Source of the DNA: Macrostomum hystrix
Taxonomy: Eukaryota > Animalia > Platyhelminthes
NCBI GenBank assembly: GCA_950097015.1
Contig: CATNEN010000001.1
Coordinates: 16,430,001 to 16,494,000 of the forward strand
Direction of reading: 5' to 3'
DNA: 64,000 nt
Positions 26,351 through 37,626 of this stretch are shown piece by piece. Within the stretch, counting starts at the first letter, position 1; each line of letters opens with the position of its first letter. A program made the translations under genes and the position numbers. A model generated the notes under the pieces. The model was not told where the DNA came from. It did no database searches and was given only the letters and a program-made list of their open reading frames with translations.

Positions 26351-27155
26351 AGATTTGCAATGATGTATGATATTTTATTTACGAAATGAAAAAAATAAAT
26401 TAAAATAATCTTCAATCACTACTGGCTAAAAATTAGTTTAAATGATTTGACGCAGTGCAGAATCGAACCCTAGCCTAGACTTACTTATTCCTAGTGCCTA
26501 CACATCGGCTATTCCGACTGTTGGTTAGTGGGTGCGGAATTCAGCCTTATAAAATGAATTCTCAAAGTTCTGGCTTTGTACAATGAAGTAAGAAAATAGA
26601 GTACACTCAGTTGTGTACATTTATTTCCAATTTGTCTCCAGAGTGCAGGCTTCAAATTCAATCAGCTAGGGGTTGTTGCGCAATTTGACGATGCAATTCT
26701 AATTCAGTGGCAGTGAGTTAAAATTCTCAATAGGCCAAGATGGTTTGACCTTTGACAAAATCATGTTTTTCGAATATTTAATCCCCTTAGCAATGGAGTT
26801 AAGCTTAATAAAAATACGTGTAAAATTCTGCCCATATTTCGCATATTTTGGTGAAGAAATGGTGAAAATCGGTTGAGCCGTTCGGGAGAAAATCAATTAC
26901 AACCAAGTAAGTAAACAGTTCATTTTTAGTATATTAGATAATAGTAAAATTTAAGAAATGTGGTAATCAATCCACTTTAGGCCAGTTAATAACTGCAGAC
27001 TCATTCTCATATTTCAGTGACATTCAAATCAGTAGTGAGGTGGGGGGTTGGGCAGATGCTTCTGCAGGGTTTGCACAAGCAAGACCAGAAACCCTGCACA
27101 GTTTGATTAAATGGATCTATTCTCAGGTGTCAGTCTTTCTGCTTGCTGGCTTCAA

Positions 27156-28311
27156 TGTAGTGTCGGCATGTTTTTATAATGCGTATATTGCTACTTGTAG
27201 TAACTTATTCGCGCACGTCAATATTATGAATTATTTTAATGTATCTTATAGGTTAGTTGTTTGTACATGCGCACCCCAGCCAGGCCTAACACGCGACCGG
27301 CCGGTCACCCCTGCTCTACAGCCAAGGCATCAGACTAGCCCTGGTCTGGTGGGCCCAACCAATGGGAGGACGGCTAACCGATTGAGGTGAACCGACTTAA
27401 GTGCGACACCCCGAGCCGTGCCAATCAGCAGCCGGTTCGTTAACCGGCAGGGTCGATCTGGCAGAAGAACAAGCGGCGCGGCCGGCACCCAGGCTTTGAT
27501 GAGGGCTGGGGCGGGCGCTTGACTATAAAACTGACTATTGCGCTGAAATATTGTTCTCATGTGATTCTGGCCTCGCGTTTGACCTTGCTCTTGCTCTTGA
27601 TCTTGATATTGTTCTCATTCGTGTTACGCATCCTAGTAAATAGATACCGGGACAGGTAAACCGGTCCAACTAGTTAGTCAAAGAAAACCTCCACACTCAA
27701 CCCCACGTCAGTAAGTAGCTTGCGCTGAGCTCGGTACGTCTGGCCAACTGCTGACGGAGTGTTAGATAGGGATTGGCAAGCACGGAAGCACTCTCCATAT
27801 CGCCGACAATCATCGGTGGGACGCCGTCGAACAGACATTAGGTGTGGCACGATAGAACTATCGTTGTGCCATAGTGCAGAAGTGCTTGCTGGTCGCCTCG
27901 GTTTTATGTTAGGGATTTTGGTTAGGTTTCGCGTTATTTGTCTTGTTTGTTATAGGGACTATCTGTTTGTCTAGGATTATTTCTGTTATTTATCGTGTCG
28001 TATTATCGAGTAGAGTTCGTGTTTTGTGTTGCGGTTATCGAGATTTTGTTAGTGCGAATTGTGAATTGGATTGAATTAAGTACAGTACCTGGCAGGGGAC
28101 GAAAAGAGCGCTGCCAGGGGAATTGATCAGTGATCATAGCTTTCTCTTATTTACTAATTAACACTTAAATATCAGCTGTTTAGCTTGGGATTTGAATCGT
28201 CTTGTCTTCGTTATTTTCGAGTTGCGAAAAGAGAATCTCTCACAAAGAGTAGGACACCCGACCTCATTTAGGAATCTCAACGTAAAGAGAGACCTAAGTC
28301 AAAATATCACA
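27156..28311. mobile_element. Solo LTR (1156 bp)
   Basis: TGT...ACA ends and a 4-bp TSD TCAA (27152-27155 / 28312-28315). It interrupts CTTCAA|GTCCGCATGG, which is intact at 3111-3126. CCAAT motifs and TATAAAA (~27524) lie inside. Confidence 0.85.
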
Positions 28312-28570
28312 TCAAGTCCGCATGGGAGATTGAATTTGAGAAGTCAATAATAGTAAAATAAGAAATGTAGCAATCAATCCACTTTAAGCCAGTTAATAAC
28401 AGCAAACTCATTCTCATATTTCAGTGACATTCAAATCAGTAGTGAGGTGGGGGTTGGGCAGATGCTTCTGCAGAGTTTGCCACCAGCAAGACCAGAAACC
28501 CTACACAGTTTGATCAACTGGATCTATTCTCAGGTGTCAGTCTTTCTGCTTGCTGGCTTCAACTCCGCAT
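28312..28570. repeat. ~255-bp tandem unit of the outer element (other pieces at 3013-3148 and 26939-27155)
   Basis: CAGATGCTTCTGCAG...GCTGGCTTCAA occurs three times. This copy contains the empty Helitron target site. Confidence 0.85.
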
Positions 28571-28825
28571 CGTGGGAGACATGCATGGGCGCTAAGCAAT
28601 GCACTCAGCACACTCAGCAGCTGGGAACAGCTGTTTACTCTCGAATTAAGCATCACAAGGAGCCTACAGGTCTGCTAAGGCTACTTCAGACCATGGCTGC
28701 ATAGTCTCCAGTTTAAGCAGAAAGTATGGATCATGAAAGTAGCAAACATGTACTTTTCAACTGCTTCTCAGGGCCAACACTATGCAGCCAACCTGCTCTC
28801 ACTACAGTGGCACGAAACCTTACAA

Positions 28826-29058
28826 TGCTAATCTATATTTGTCTACATTTTATTTTCAAGCTTTTGCTTGCAATTTTCGGACATGAAGTGCTCAATTATT
28901 TCTAGCTAATCTATATTTGTCCAAATTTTTTCAAGCTTTTGCTTGCAATTTTCGCACATGAAGTGCTCAATTATTTCTAGCTAATCTATATTTGTTTAAT
29001 TTTTTTTCAAGCTTTTGCTTGCAATTTTCGCACATGAAACGCTCAATTATTTTTAGCC
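28826..29058. repeat. ~75-bp tandem repeat, 3 copies
   Basis: GCTAATCTATATTTGT...CAAGCTTTTGCTTGCAATTTTCG..ACATGAA..GCTCAATTATTT repeated. Confidence 0.85.
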
Positions 29059-29293
29059 ATAATATATCTGCACTGAACTGTCTTTAACGAAATTTGTTAT
29101 ATTTTAGGTGCTAGTTTTTATATGCTTCAGCTTTTGGCTGGTAATAATCTGACTAAATGGCTTTAACTATGGTGGTGCACTTGTTTTAAAGGTTTTTAGT
29201 GCCACTGTAACAGGATTTGAACTGATATGCCTTCCATGGGCCCATGGTGTTAAACACCATTTACATATCAGGTGGCTCAACTTGTGATGTGAT

Positions 29294-31496
29294 TCAGTCA
29301 CTCAGCACCTCAGGGTACACGACATTTCTCGTCCGCTCACCGGAGATCCGGACGCGCACGCTGTCGACATTCTTGGCCCGGGACAGCGCCGTGTACAGCT
29401 GGCCGTGGGCGAAGCAGCCGACAGCCAGGTCGATGCCCACGGTGTCAAGCGACTGGCCCTGCGACTTGTGGATCGTCAGGCAGAAGCTCGGCTTGACTGG
29501 GAACTACAGCCGCTTGAAGCAGACTGGCAGGTCAGCATTGTTGGGCACCAGTGGAATCCGCGGCAGCAGGATCTCATCTCCAGTGAACTGGCCGGCAGCG
29601 ACTTTGCAGCGCAGAACATTCTCGCCCAGCTCTAGGATGATCAGCCGGGTGCCGTTGCACAGCCGTGGCGGATTCAGATTCCGCAGCAGAACCAGCGGCA
29701 TGCCCACCTTGAGCTTCAGCAGGTGAGCACGGAAGTTCGGAGCATCCAGCTGATTCAGCAGCTCCGAAGGAAAGTGCGTGGCCGCTTCCTCGTCAGCCAC
29801 GCTGTCCACTGAGCGATATTCGCGCAGTTGGCCTGGGAACATGGCCAGGCACTCGTTGTTGATCGCGTCAACCGCATCGTTGTAGGGCGCCAGAATGGCT
29901 CGGCTGGCAAAGTAGCCGTCGCGCTCCGCTGACGCCTCGAACGAAGGGTACACGAACTGGATCAGCTCGGACAGCGGTGCCTCCGTCGGAATGATGATCT
30001 TGGCAGGAAGGCAGACCGTGTCGTCTGACTGATCGGCTACCCCAGAGCCGATCTGTGTCGGGTTGGCAGGTAAATGCACGAGAACTGCAGCCTGTGAGGT
30101 TATCTAAAAACAGCAAGAACAAAGCTTACCTGCATGAGCAGCTGCATATAGCGATGGTACAGCTCAGCATCAGCACAGCTCTGCAGCCGGATGTTCTTGG
30201 ATAGGCGGTGCCTCCGGAACAAAGACCACAGCGGGGACTTGCTCACACACGCCAGGATGTTGTTAGCGCGCGTGCCATTTTTCACCACCGGCAGCAGCTG
30301 GCGAAAGTCTCCAGCGCAGAACACGACGATTCCGCCGAACGGGCAGTCCTGCTTCCGCAGGTCTCGCAGACTGCGGTCGACAGCCTCCAGGTCCTTCCGG
30401 GTTGTCATGGAAATCTCGTCCCAGACGAAAAATGTAGATTGCGACTGAATGAGCAGGAGAACCTTAAGTGTGAATTTGATTTCCATCACAAAACTCACGT
30501 TGAATGCGCCGTCTGCCCGCCTGGCAGCAGGGTGGCTGCGATTCCAGACGACGCAACAGCCAGGGCCACTTCCCCTCGACTCCGCACAAACGCCAGCAAA
30601 ACCTCCAGCAGGAAGGTCTTGCCAGTGCCTGCCGGAGCGTCAATGAAATGCAGGCTGCCCGAGCCAGCGACAAGATCCACAGTCACAGCCTCGTAGATGG
30701 TCATCTGCTCGGCCGTGAGCATTGGCAGCCGCATCTCGGTGATCTCCGCCTGTTCGACCGTGTCAAACTGCAGCGGCCCGACTTGCAGCATTGCAGAGGC
30801 AGCAGGCAGTCCGTACTCTTGCAGACTGCGGCCGCCCATTGACGTCAGCATGCTCTGCAGCTCCCGCAGAGCCAGGTCGCTGACTTCCTCGGCGCTTAAG
30901 TCCGGTTGGTGGAAGCGCAGGTCTTCGCAGAGATCCTCTGCAAACCTGCTCCACAGATCAGCGCCGTCGTCTGGCTCGCCCCAGATGAGAACGACAGCCA
31001 GCAGGTGCCTCAGAGCTCGCGGCATTCGGCTCTGGACAGCCTCAGTCATGCAGCGATGCCAGTGATCATCGCGCTGCAGCAGGCCGAGAGCCATGCAGGC
31101 GGCCTTGGCGCTGGCACAATGCACGCCTGTCACGGTCTGCAGCGACTCGAAGCTGGTCGGTCCTCGCACGTGCAGCAGCAACAGCCGCAGGTAGAACAGC
31201 TCACCAGCTCTAGGACTAGGACTAGGACTCTAGGACTGCTCAGCGATCCGCTGCCGCTGTTCCTCCAGTCGGGCAGCTTGCTCTGCCTCAGTCTCGACAT
31301 CTCTGCGCTCAGCGATCCGCTGCCGCTGTTCCTCCAGTCGGGCAGCTCGCTCTGCCTCAGTTTGAGAGGCTCGCTTCTTAGCCATTCGCTGACGTCGTTC
31401 TTCCAAACGGGCCTCGCGATCGGCCTCGGATTCAGCTTGTCGCCGTCGCTTGGCATCGCGACTTTTCTTCAAACTGCTTGCGCCGCGTCGAACCAT
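29294..31496 (-). pseudogene. Helitron RepHel copy B, internally deleted (STPR-like exon fused to the helicase; OTU and Rep lost)
   Basis: MVRRGASSLKKSRDAKRRR start joined through (AGTCCT)n filler to SPRAGELFYLRLLL. A second deletion near 30427 removes the exon-8 acceptor. KRLQ has become KRL* at 29506-29504. Confidence 0.93.
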
Positions 31497-32094
31497 GATT
31501 GAGAACTGAAAAGTGAAATGAAATGATAAGTTGAGAAATAATGAAAGGCTTGAAAGAGAGATAGGTTGTGAAATTTGGATTTGAATTTCGATGTCTGAAG
31601 AATCAGATAAGGAGCCTTTATAACCACACTAATTTGCAAGCTATATATCATCCCAGTGGGATGAATCGGATCTTATCTTAAGACCTAGGGTAAAAATCGA
31701 TAAAACGGACCTCTGACCGCTTGAAATCTTGAAAACCGATGGAATGGGGTGAGGGCTCTCCAGCCCGTGCGTGCACATTTGGGGGCAAGAGGGGGAATAA
31801 TGTACATTGCCTGCGCCAGCCTCGAATAGCCGGTAAGGACTTGGCTTGGGTAGGCCAGTGCGCCCAAATTTCAATATGATAGCGTCTGGTCTAAGTAAGT
31901 TAATTTCCTCATATGCCTTTCACGTCTTAACTCTAAATTGATGTGAAAAAATGCGTCCACTGACCGATTACCACAAGTCTTAAGTCTTGATCAAACTTGT
32001 ATGTCACTGTTGTGCCTTGAAATCTGACAGTGCTGTGCCTTCGAATCAGTCATTATTGTGTCTTAAATAATATCATTGTATATTTACAAATTCG

Positions 32095-32830
32095 GAGCCT
32101 ATGTATCTATCAATTCAAATTTCTGAGCCTAGATTTCAATAGATTCTGAGCCTAGATATCTATCAATTCTGAGCTTAGAAATCTATCCATTCCGACTACG
32201 AGCCTAGATTTCTAACGACTCTGAGCCTAGATACCCATCGATTCTCAGCCTAGATTTCAATCGATTCTGGGCTTAGATATCTTTCAATTCTGAGCTTAGA
32301 TATCTCTCAACTTTGAGCCAAGATAACTATCAATGCTGAGCCTAGATAACTATCAATGCTTAGCCTAGATAACTATCAATGCTTAGCCTAGATAACTATC
32401 GATGCTGAGCCTAGATAACTATAGATGCTGGGCCTAGATAACTATCAATGCTGAGCCTGGATAAATATCAATGCTGAGCTTAGATAACTATCGATGCTGA
32501 GCCTAGATATCTATCAATGCTGAGCCTAGATAACTATCAATGCTGAGCCTAGATAACTATAAATGCTGAGCCTAGATAACTATCAATGCTGAGCCTGGAT
32601 AAATATCAATGCTGAGCCTAGATAACGATCAATGCAGAGCCTAGATAAATATCCAAAGCCAAAATATCTATAAATTTGTTGAGCCAAGATATCCATCAAT
32701 TCTGAGATTGGATAACTAATAATGCTGAGCTTAAATATATAAAAAATCTTGAGCCTAGATTTGTATCGATCCTGAGCCTAAGAAGCTATCAACTCTGAGC
32801 TTAGATATCTATCGATTCTGAGCCTGGATT
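32095..32830. repeat. 23-bp minisatellite (GAGCCTAGATAACTATCAATGCT)n, 5'-subterminal in the outer Helitron
   Basis: 23-bp period, located about 600 bp inside the inferred 5' end. Confidence 0.93.
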
Positions 32831-33415
32831 TGTATTTATGCTATTTGGCTGTGTCATTGTTGTGCCTGGAATTCGGTTCGCTTCGCTGCGCTCTGCTAGA
32901 AAAAAATAGCTGCCAAAAAGGGCCGATCACTTGGATCAATTTCAGTTCTCAGCTGTAGCCTTTTGGAGTATGCTGTGAATATGCTATTTGATTGCAAAAA
33001 CTAAATAAATGAAATTATAAAACATCTCAGTGCCGAGCAGATAACAGAAGCCAGCTCAGCCTGTGCACATTGGGCAGTAATTATCTGGCCAGTGGGGTTG
33101 ACACAGCTATGCACATTTGGGTGAGAAATTTCTAATCAGTACGCTCGCCTAAAAAACTGGCTCTGATGCAATCATTAAAGTAGGCACTGGAGCCTCACTG
33201 CCAAGCTGAAAACAAGAATGCATTAGAAAAGCCTATTTAAAACTGTTTTTCGAATATTTAATCCCCTTGGCAATGGAATTAAGCTCAATAAAAATACGTG
33301 TACCGATTCCGGCCAATTTGTGATCTTTTAGCGAAGGAATTGTGAAAATCGGTTAAGCCGTTCGGGAGCTAGTCGATTGCAAACATACAAACATACAAGA
33401 TTTTCTTGTTGCCAG

Positions 33416-34990
33416 AAGATCTTGTTGCCAGCCAGCTTGTCCTTGACAAAGTCCATCTGCGGAATGCCCTGCGCCGACCGCACCGTCTTCTTGTTCAGCT
33501 CGCGGTAGTCGATCGTCAGCCGCAGGTCTCCGTTCTTCTTCCGAACGTACACCGGGGGCGCCACGTACGGGCTGTCCGACTCCTCGATGATGTCGTTGTC
33601 CAGCAGCTCCTGAATGAGCTTGTTCACCTCGGGTTCCCAGTGCACCGGCAGCTTCCTTGGAGGAATCCGCACCGGAACATCGTCGATCAGGGGGATGCTG
33701 TGCTCGTGGCGATCTGTCAGTCCCGGCCGCCTGGAGAAGATGTCGCTGAACTCGTGCACCAGGGCTCGGATGTCCGGGTCCTTTACGACAGGCAGGTCGA
33801 CCTCTTTCGTGCTGAAATCCGGCACGAGCTTCTCTTCGAGGTCCTCCAGCAGGCGGCGGCGGCAGCGGCGGGGCTGCAGGCGGCGTGGGAGTTGCTGGAG
33901 GGGCAGACCCATCGTACCATCTGGCTGCTCTTCGACTCCCGCGCGCTCTTCGAGAAGCTGCAGCGCCCGGAGCGGTGTCAGGACGACCATGGGGCGGCAC
34001 AGGCAGTGGCCCTGCTGCACCAGCTGGCTGAAAAACACCGGCTCACAGTCATCTGGATCCCGGGACATGCGGGTCTGCACCTGAACGAGGAAGCCGACTC
34101 GCTGGCCCAGGAAGGCTGCGCGCTGCCTCAGGAAGGCGCTTGGGCTTCAGCAGGTGCCATTCAGGCTGCGGTCCGGCGGCAGAGCGTCGTCCGGGCCAAA
34201 GCCCAGTACGAGGCTGAGGTTCCGGCGGAGCACCCTCACCGGCGCTGCGGGGGCAGGCCACTGCCGCCAAGCAACAGGAGGCGGCGGGACCAGGAAGTGG
34301 CCCTTTATCAGCTGCGGGCCAACCGGGCCCCTTTCCTTCGGGACACCCTACACCGCTGGGGCCGCGTGGAGAGCCCGGTCTGCCCACATTGCCAAGCCCC
34401 TGTCGAGAACACGGAACACTTCCTGCTGGACTGCCCGAGATGGGAGGAGGAGCGCCGCTGCTTTGAAGGCATCGGCTCGATGTCCCTGCTGCAGGAGCAC
34501 CCGGAGAGGGTGCTGGATTTCCTGGAGGCAACGGGCGCGCTGGCGCGCCCCCTGTATAGCCTTTGGCCGAGGGGCCAGTAGAGAGAGAGAGAGAGAGGTC
34601 CTCCAGCTGACTGTCTGCATCGAGATGGCTCACGCCGTCCATCACGCACGAGCTCTTTGGTGGTGCCTCTGCGCTGTCGCTGAAGTCCAGGCACATGTTG
34701 CTGGCCTTGATGAAGTCCAGCCCGATAATGACGGCAGCCACCAGGCCTTCCGACACGTAGAACGGGTGCTGCCGCTCGATGCTGCCGAGCGACACCGCCA
34801 GGCTGGCCACCTGCCGCACCGGCACCGCCTGCTGGTTGACTGCCCGCAGTTCCAGGTGGACGCTTTCCAACTGAACTCGCTGCATGCTCTGAAGGACCTG
34901 CTTGTCCACGATTGATACCTGGCTGCCCGAGTCGATAAGCGCCATGACGTCCGCACCTCCGATCTTGCACTGCAACTTGGATGTTGCCGG
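33416..34990 (-). pseudogene. pol: Gypsy pol fragment (aspartic protease and RT N-terminus), split by a LINE and truncated
   Basis: Removing the LINE and one TSD copy restores DADSQLEDLEEKLVPDFS. The protease-then-RT order is consistent with Ty3/Gypsy. Confidence 0.88.
33851..34594 (+). mobile_element. 5'-truncated non-LTR retrotransposon (RNase H C-terminus and CCHC finger, (GA)n tail)
   Basis: WIPGHAGLHLNEEADSLA and CPHC...TEHFLLDCP, stop at 34581, GA-repeat tail, 13-bp TSD GAGGTCCTCCAGC (33838-33850 / 34595-34607). Confidence 0.9.
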
Positions 34991-35087
34991 GTTCGGTCTG
35001 ATGACGACTGCTGTGTGCTGCTGCCTGCTGTGCCTGCGCCGCCCCCCTCTGCGCCCCGGAACAATCCACTCACGCTGGGTCCCGCGC

Positions 35088-35879
35088 TCAGAACTGGCCA
35101 GGGTTGCGGGCTCCGCCCCGGCCGTTGCCGTTTCCCGACGGCTTCTTGCAGTTTCTGGCGAGGTGGCCGCGTTGGTTGCAGTTCCAGCAGGTTACCTCGC
35201 GCTGTCTCCTCGCACTGCGAACCGCGCAGGAGTCGGAAGCCTCCAAGCCCAGCTTCGCTGCCAGGTCTTGGACCGTCGCCTGCAGTGAGCTGACCGCGGC
35301 CCTCAGATCTGCGGTCTCGGTGCTGCCGCAAGTAGTTCCGGCTGCCGCCGTGAGGGGCGGCCGGCTTCCATCCATGGTGACAGAAGGCAGCTCCAGTAGC
35401 AGCTGTGCCCGCGCAAGAGCGTCGCTTACCGTCTTGACTGACGCATCGGCTCTGATTTGCCTGCTGACATCCGCTGGCAGTCCGCGGATGAAGTGATGGG
35501 TCAGCATGGTGTCTGTGGCGTCCTTGTTGCTCACGCCAGCGTCCTTGAGCAGCTGCTTCAGGTGATAGAGAAACAGCCGAGGAGGTTCCCCAGGCAGCAG
35601 CTTCCGGCTCTCAAATGCCTCCAGCGCTGAGAAGTGCTGGCTTTCTGGGTGAAATGCCTCGGTCAATGCTTGGGTCACCTGACTGTAGTCGCTCTTATCC
35701 TTGTCGCCGAGCTCAAGGAAGACCGCCAGAGCCTCGCCATCCAGAAACGTTGGCAGATGCAAGTGCTTATCATTTGTCCACTTGTTGGCTGCCGCACACA
35801 GCTCAAACCGCTGCAGCCACTCCTTAAAGTTTCCAGAGCTAAAAGTTCTCGGAATCGCGCGATGACTGCCCTCTGCCAT
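35088..35879 (-). CDS. gag: Gypsy Gag (starts MAEGSH, just after the PBS)
   Basis: F..WLQRFELCAAANKW...L.GEAL capsid-like N-terminus and a CX2CX4HX4C knuckle. Confidence 0.88.
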   Translation of the reverse strand: MAEGSHRAIPRTFSSGNFKEWLQRFELCAAANKWTNDKHLHLPTFLDGEALAVFLELGDKDKSDYSQVTQALTEAFHPESQHFSALEAFESRKLLPGEPPRLFLYHLKQLLKDAGVSNKDATDTMLTHHFIRGLPADVSRQIRADASVKTVSDALARAQLLLELPSVTMDGSRPPLTAAAGTTCGSTETADLRAAVSSLQATVQDLAAKLGLEASDSCAVRSARRQREVTCWNCNQRGHLARNCKKPSGNGNGRGGARNPGQF

Positions 35880-35885
35880 TCTGAG

Positions 35886-35896
35886 CTCTGCTACCA
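35886..35896 (-). promoter_or_regulatory. Primer-binding site for initiator tRNA-Met
   Basis: TGGTAGCAGAG lies 2 nt after the LTR end and is complementary to the 3' end of eukaryotic tRNAi-Met. Confidence 0.88.
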
Positions 35897-35898
35897 CT

Positions 35899-36130
35899 TG
35901 TAACACGCGGTGTTTGGCGGTGTGAAACCAGATTCTACGAAGGCCCCGTGAGGCCGTGCTTGCTGTATTTATGTCAGTTGCGATTACGTAATCAGCGATG
36001 TACAGTAAATGAAAGATGTTAAACGAACGAACAGTAAATACGATAGAATGATTCAGCAAGTTATTAGAAATATTCCTACAATGTTACCATTCAAAAACTG
36101 TCTCAAAGGCCAGGAATAAAAACCATTACA
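35899..36130 (-). repeat. Gypsy 5' LTR (232 bp)
   Basis: TGTAA...TTACA inverted ends, bounded by the PBS and by resumption of the RPA intron. Confidence 0.82.
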
Positions 36131-36183
36131 TATATTCCAAATCCTTTCCATTTATTTTTAACAATTGCAACAAGCAAACTTAC

Positions 36184-36608
36184 ATTTTCATTTCACAGTC
36201 CGAAATCTATTTTATCTTCTTATAGCCCGGTGCACGTCGAGTGACGGTCTCGAGGGTCCTCACAATGGTTCCACTTTGGTCAATTGAAACTGTTAGCTCG
36301 TGCTCATTGTCCGTAGTGCTGTACCTGGGATCCGCCTTCTTCACCCAGCCGCCGGATATGCGGACGGCGACGCCCTCACGGCACACGTCTAGGAAAGGCT
36401 TAAGATCCTTTCCGAACACGCTTACACGTATATCGCCGGTGTCGTCACAGAGGATAAAGGAAAACACTTGGCCTGGTCCTCTTTTGCCTTCAAAGTCCGT
36501 GATTTTGGACAGCCTCAATACGAGGCCAACGATTGCAGCGTGCATCAGGCCCGGAAGCAGAGCAGAGATACACGCTTTGCTTTTCTTGGCTCCTTCGGTT
36601 GACTCCAT
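36184..36608 (-). pseudogene. RPA70-like copy 3, exon 1 only
   Basis: Almost identical to copy 2 exon 1. GAG has become TAG at 36209-36207, and the intron is interrupted by Gypsy. Confidence 0.9.
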
Positions 36609-37413
36609 ATTGCTCGATTGATAGTTGTCAAAAATATGGATTATAAAAATTTCACTGATAAGGTCTTTACGGCTTGTGGTTTGATAGTTTTAGCATCAAG
36701 GCCAATTGTGCCTGTCTATATTGCAGCATTTCGGACAACCCCAACTGTGATGACTCATGCCAATAGAGGGTGCCATGTAAAGATCAATAATTAGATCTGG
36801 CTAACCAATCAGAGAGAGTTTTGTTCTAACATTTCTAATCCACCCACTGGGCTACTTGTTGTGGATTGCCTTAGCTTTTACGTTCTTTCTTTATGTACAG
36901 CGTGGGGTGTCAAAGTCGAGTGTGGTGCAACTTGTTATGTAATCTGTTTTCGACACACTTCAATAATAGGACACCAAAAACATCTAAAATCTACAGTGTA
37001 ATTGGGGCGCAAGTGCGGCGTGTGGCTATAATGTGGCTAAAAATAGAGGGTTTCAAGTCAGCCAATAGCAGTTGACTGCATTCAATAAAAGTTATTTCAT
37101 TAAAGTGCCACCGCAAGCCCCAACCTAGCGAGACTTTTCAGTAATCATCACAAAAAGCTAAAGCCTCATGAAGCTCACCAATGAAGCCTTACCCAATTTT
37201 AACTGGGGTTGGGGTGGCCCTAAGCTGGAATTCATTTTTGCCCAAGCTGAAATGGGCTTTAAAAAAATGAATTGAGTTTCGATTGGTTTACAAACCAATC
37301 TCGCTAATCCTTGGCTTGGCTTGAGTGAGCGCATATAAACCAGAGTGAGCGTACGTCAGGTCGCAAACCATTAAGATCAACCAATTCTATTCTACAACGT
37401 CTACAATTCTACA

Positions 37414-37626
37414 ATGAAGATCAACCAGTTTTACAGTAGCGGTGGCAACAGCCGGCGACGCCGAGGTGGGGGCCAGCGGCCTGTGTCCTGTTTTCTATGC
37501 GCGGGGCCACAAACCGTGGCCCGCTGCCCTGCCGTCGCACAAGTGCGGCAGCAGCAGCAGCAGCAGCAGCTACTACTTGGAACGAGGCTGCAGCAGCAGC
37601 CGCAGCAGCAGCAGCCTAACAAATAA
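37414..37626 (+). CDS. Small Arg-rich / zinc-knuckle / polyQ protein, copy 3 (70 aa; knuckle His replaced by Gln)
   Basis: MKINQFYSSGGNSRRRRGGG..CFLCAGPQTVARC..QQQQ, with TATAAA at ~37334. Confidence 0.7.
   Translation: MKINQFYSSGGNSRRRRGGGQRPVSCFLCAGPQTVARCPAVAQVRQQQQQQQLLLGTRLQQQPQQQQPNK

Larger units (their letters stand above)
3149..26938 (-). mobile_element. Composite head-to-tail Helitron array inserted at an A|T target without TSD
   Basis: On -, the 5' end is A|TCTAATATACTAAAAATG at 26938 and the 3' end is CCCCGAAGGGG hairpin...CTTGCTAG|T at 3149. The flanks GAAGTCAA|TAATAGTAAAA match the uninterrupted sequence at 28340-28358. Confidence 0.9.
11393..26938 (-). mobile_element. Helitron unit carrying RepHel only (3' terminus deleted)
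   Basis: 5' TC at 26938. 11393-12615 repeats the 3'-subterminal block at 6505-7725, and 18450-18755 repeats 8190-8500. Confidence 0.78.
1..33407 (-). mobile_element. Outer (older) Helitron: 5'-subterminal region, 23-bp minisatellite, deleted RepHel, knuckle gene and RPA gene; interrupted by the 3149-26938 array and a solo LTR
   Basis: 3148 joins seamlessly to 26939 (empty site at 28347|28348). 33240-33407 is a diverged version of the conserved 5'-subterminal block (CCCGAACGGCT..ACCGATTTTCAC on -). The 5' TC is lost at the Gypsy junction and the 3' end lies outside the window. Confidence 0.6.
33408..36130 (-). mobile_element. Ty3/Gypsy LTR retrotransposon, 3'-truncated (5' LTR, PBS, gag, protease, start of RT), inserted in intron 1 of RPA copy 3
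   Basis: LTR with TGTAA...TTACA ends, Gag knuckle CWNCNQRGHLARNC, protease ALIDSGS, RT start PPVYVRKKNGDLRLTIDYRELN. The RPA intron sequence resumes at 36131. Confidence 0.92.

Noticed and set aside
5991-26938. Endogenous ssDNA virus
   Set aside because: No capsid-like ORF is seen. The Rep is fused to a Pif1 (SF1) helicase, has spliceosomal introns and lies between Helitron termini. The viral comparison is only an analogy.
33328-34975. ORFs 33328-34080, 33406-34581 and 34049-34975 as single genes
   Set aside because: They are chimeric read-throughs across the LINE/Gypsy and Gypsy/Helitron junctions.
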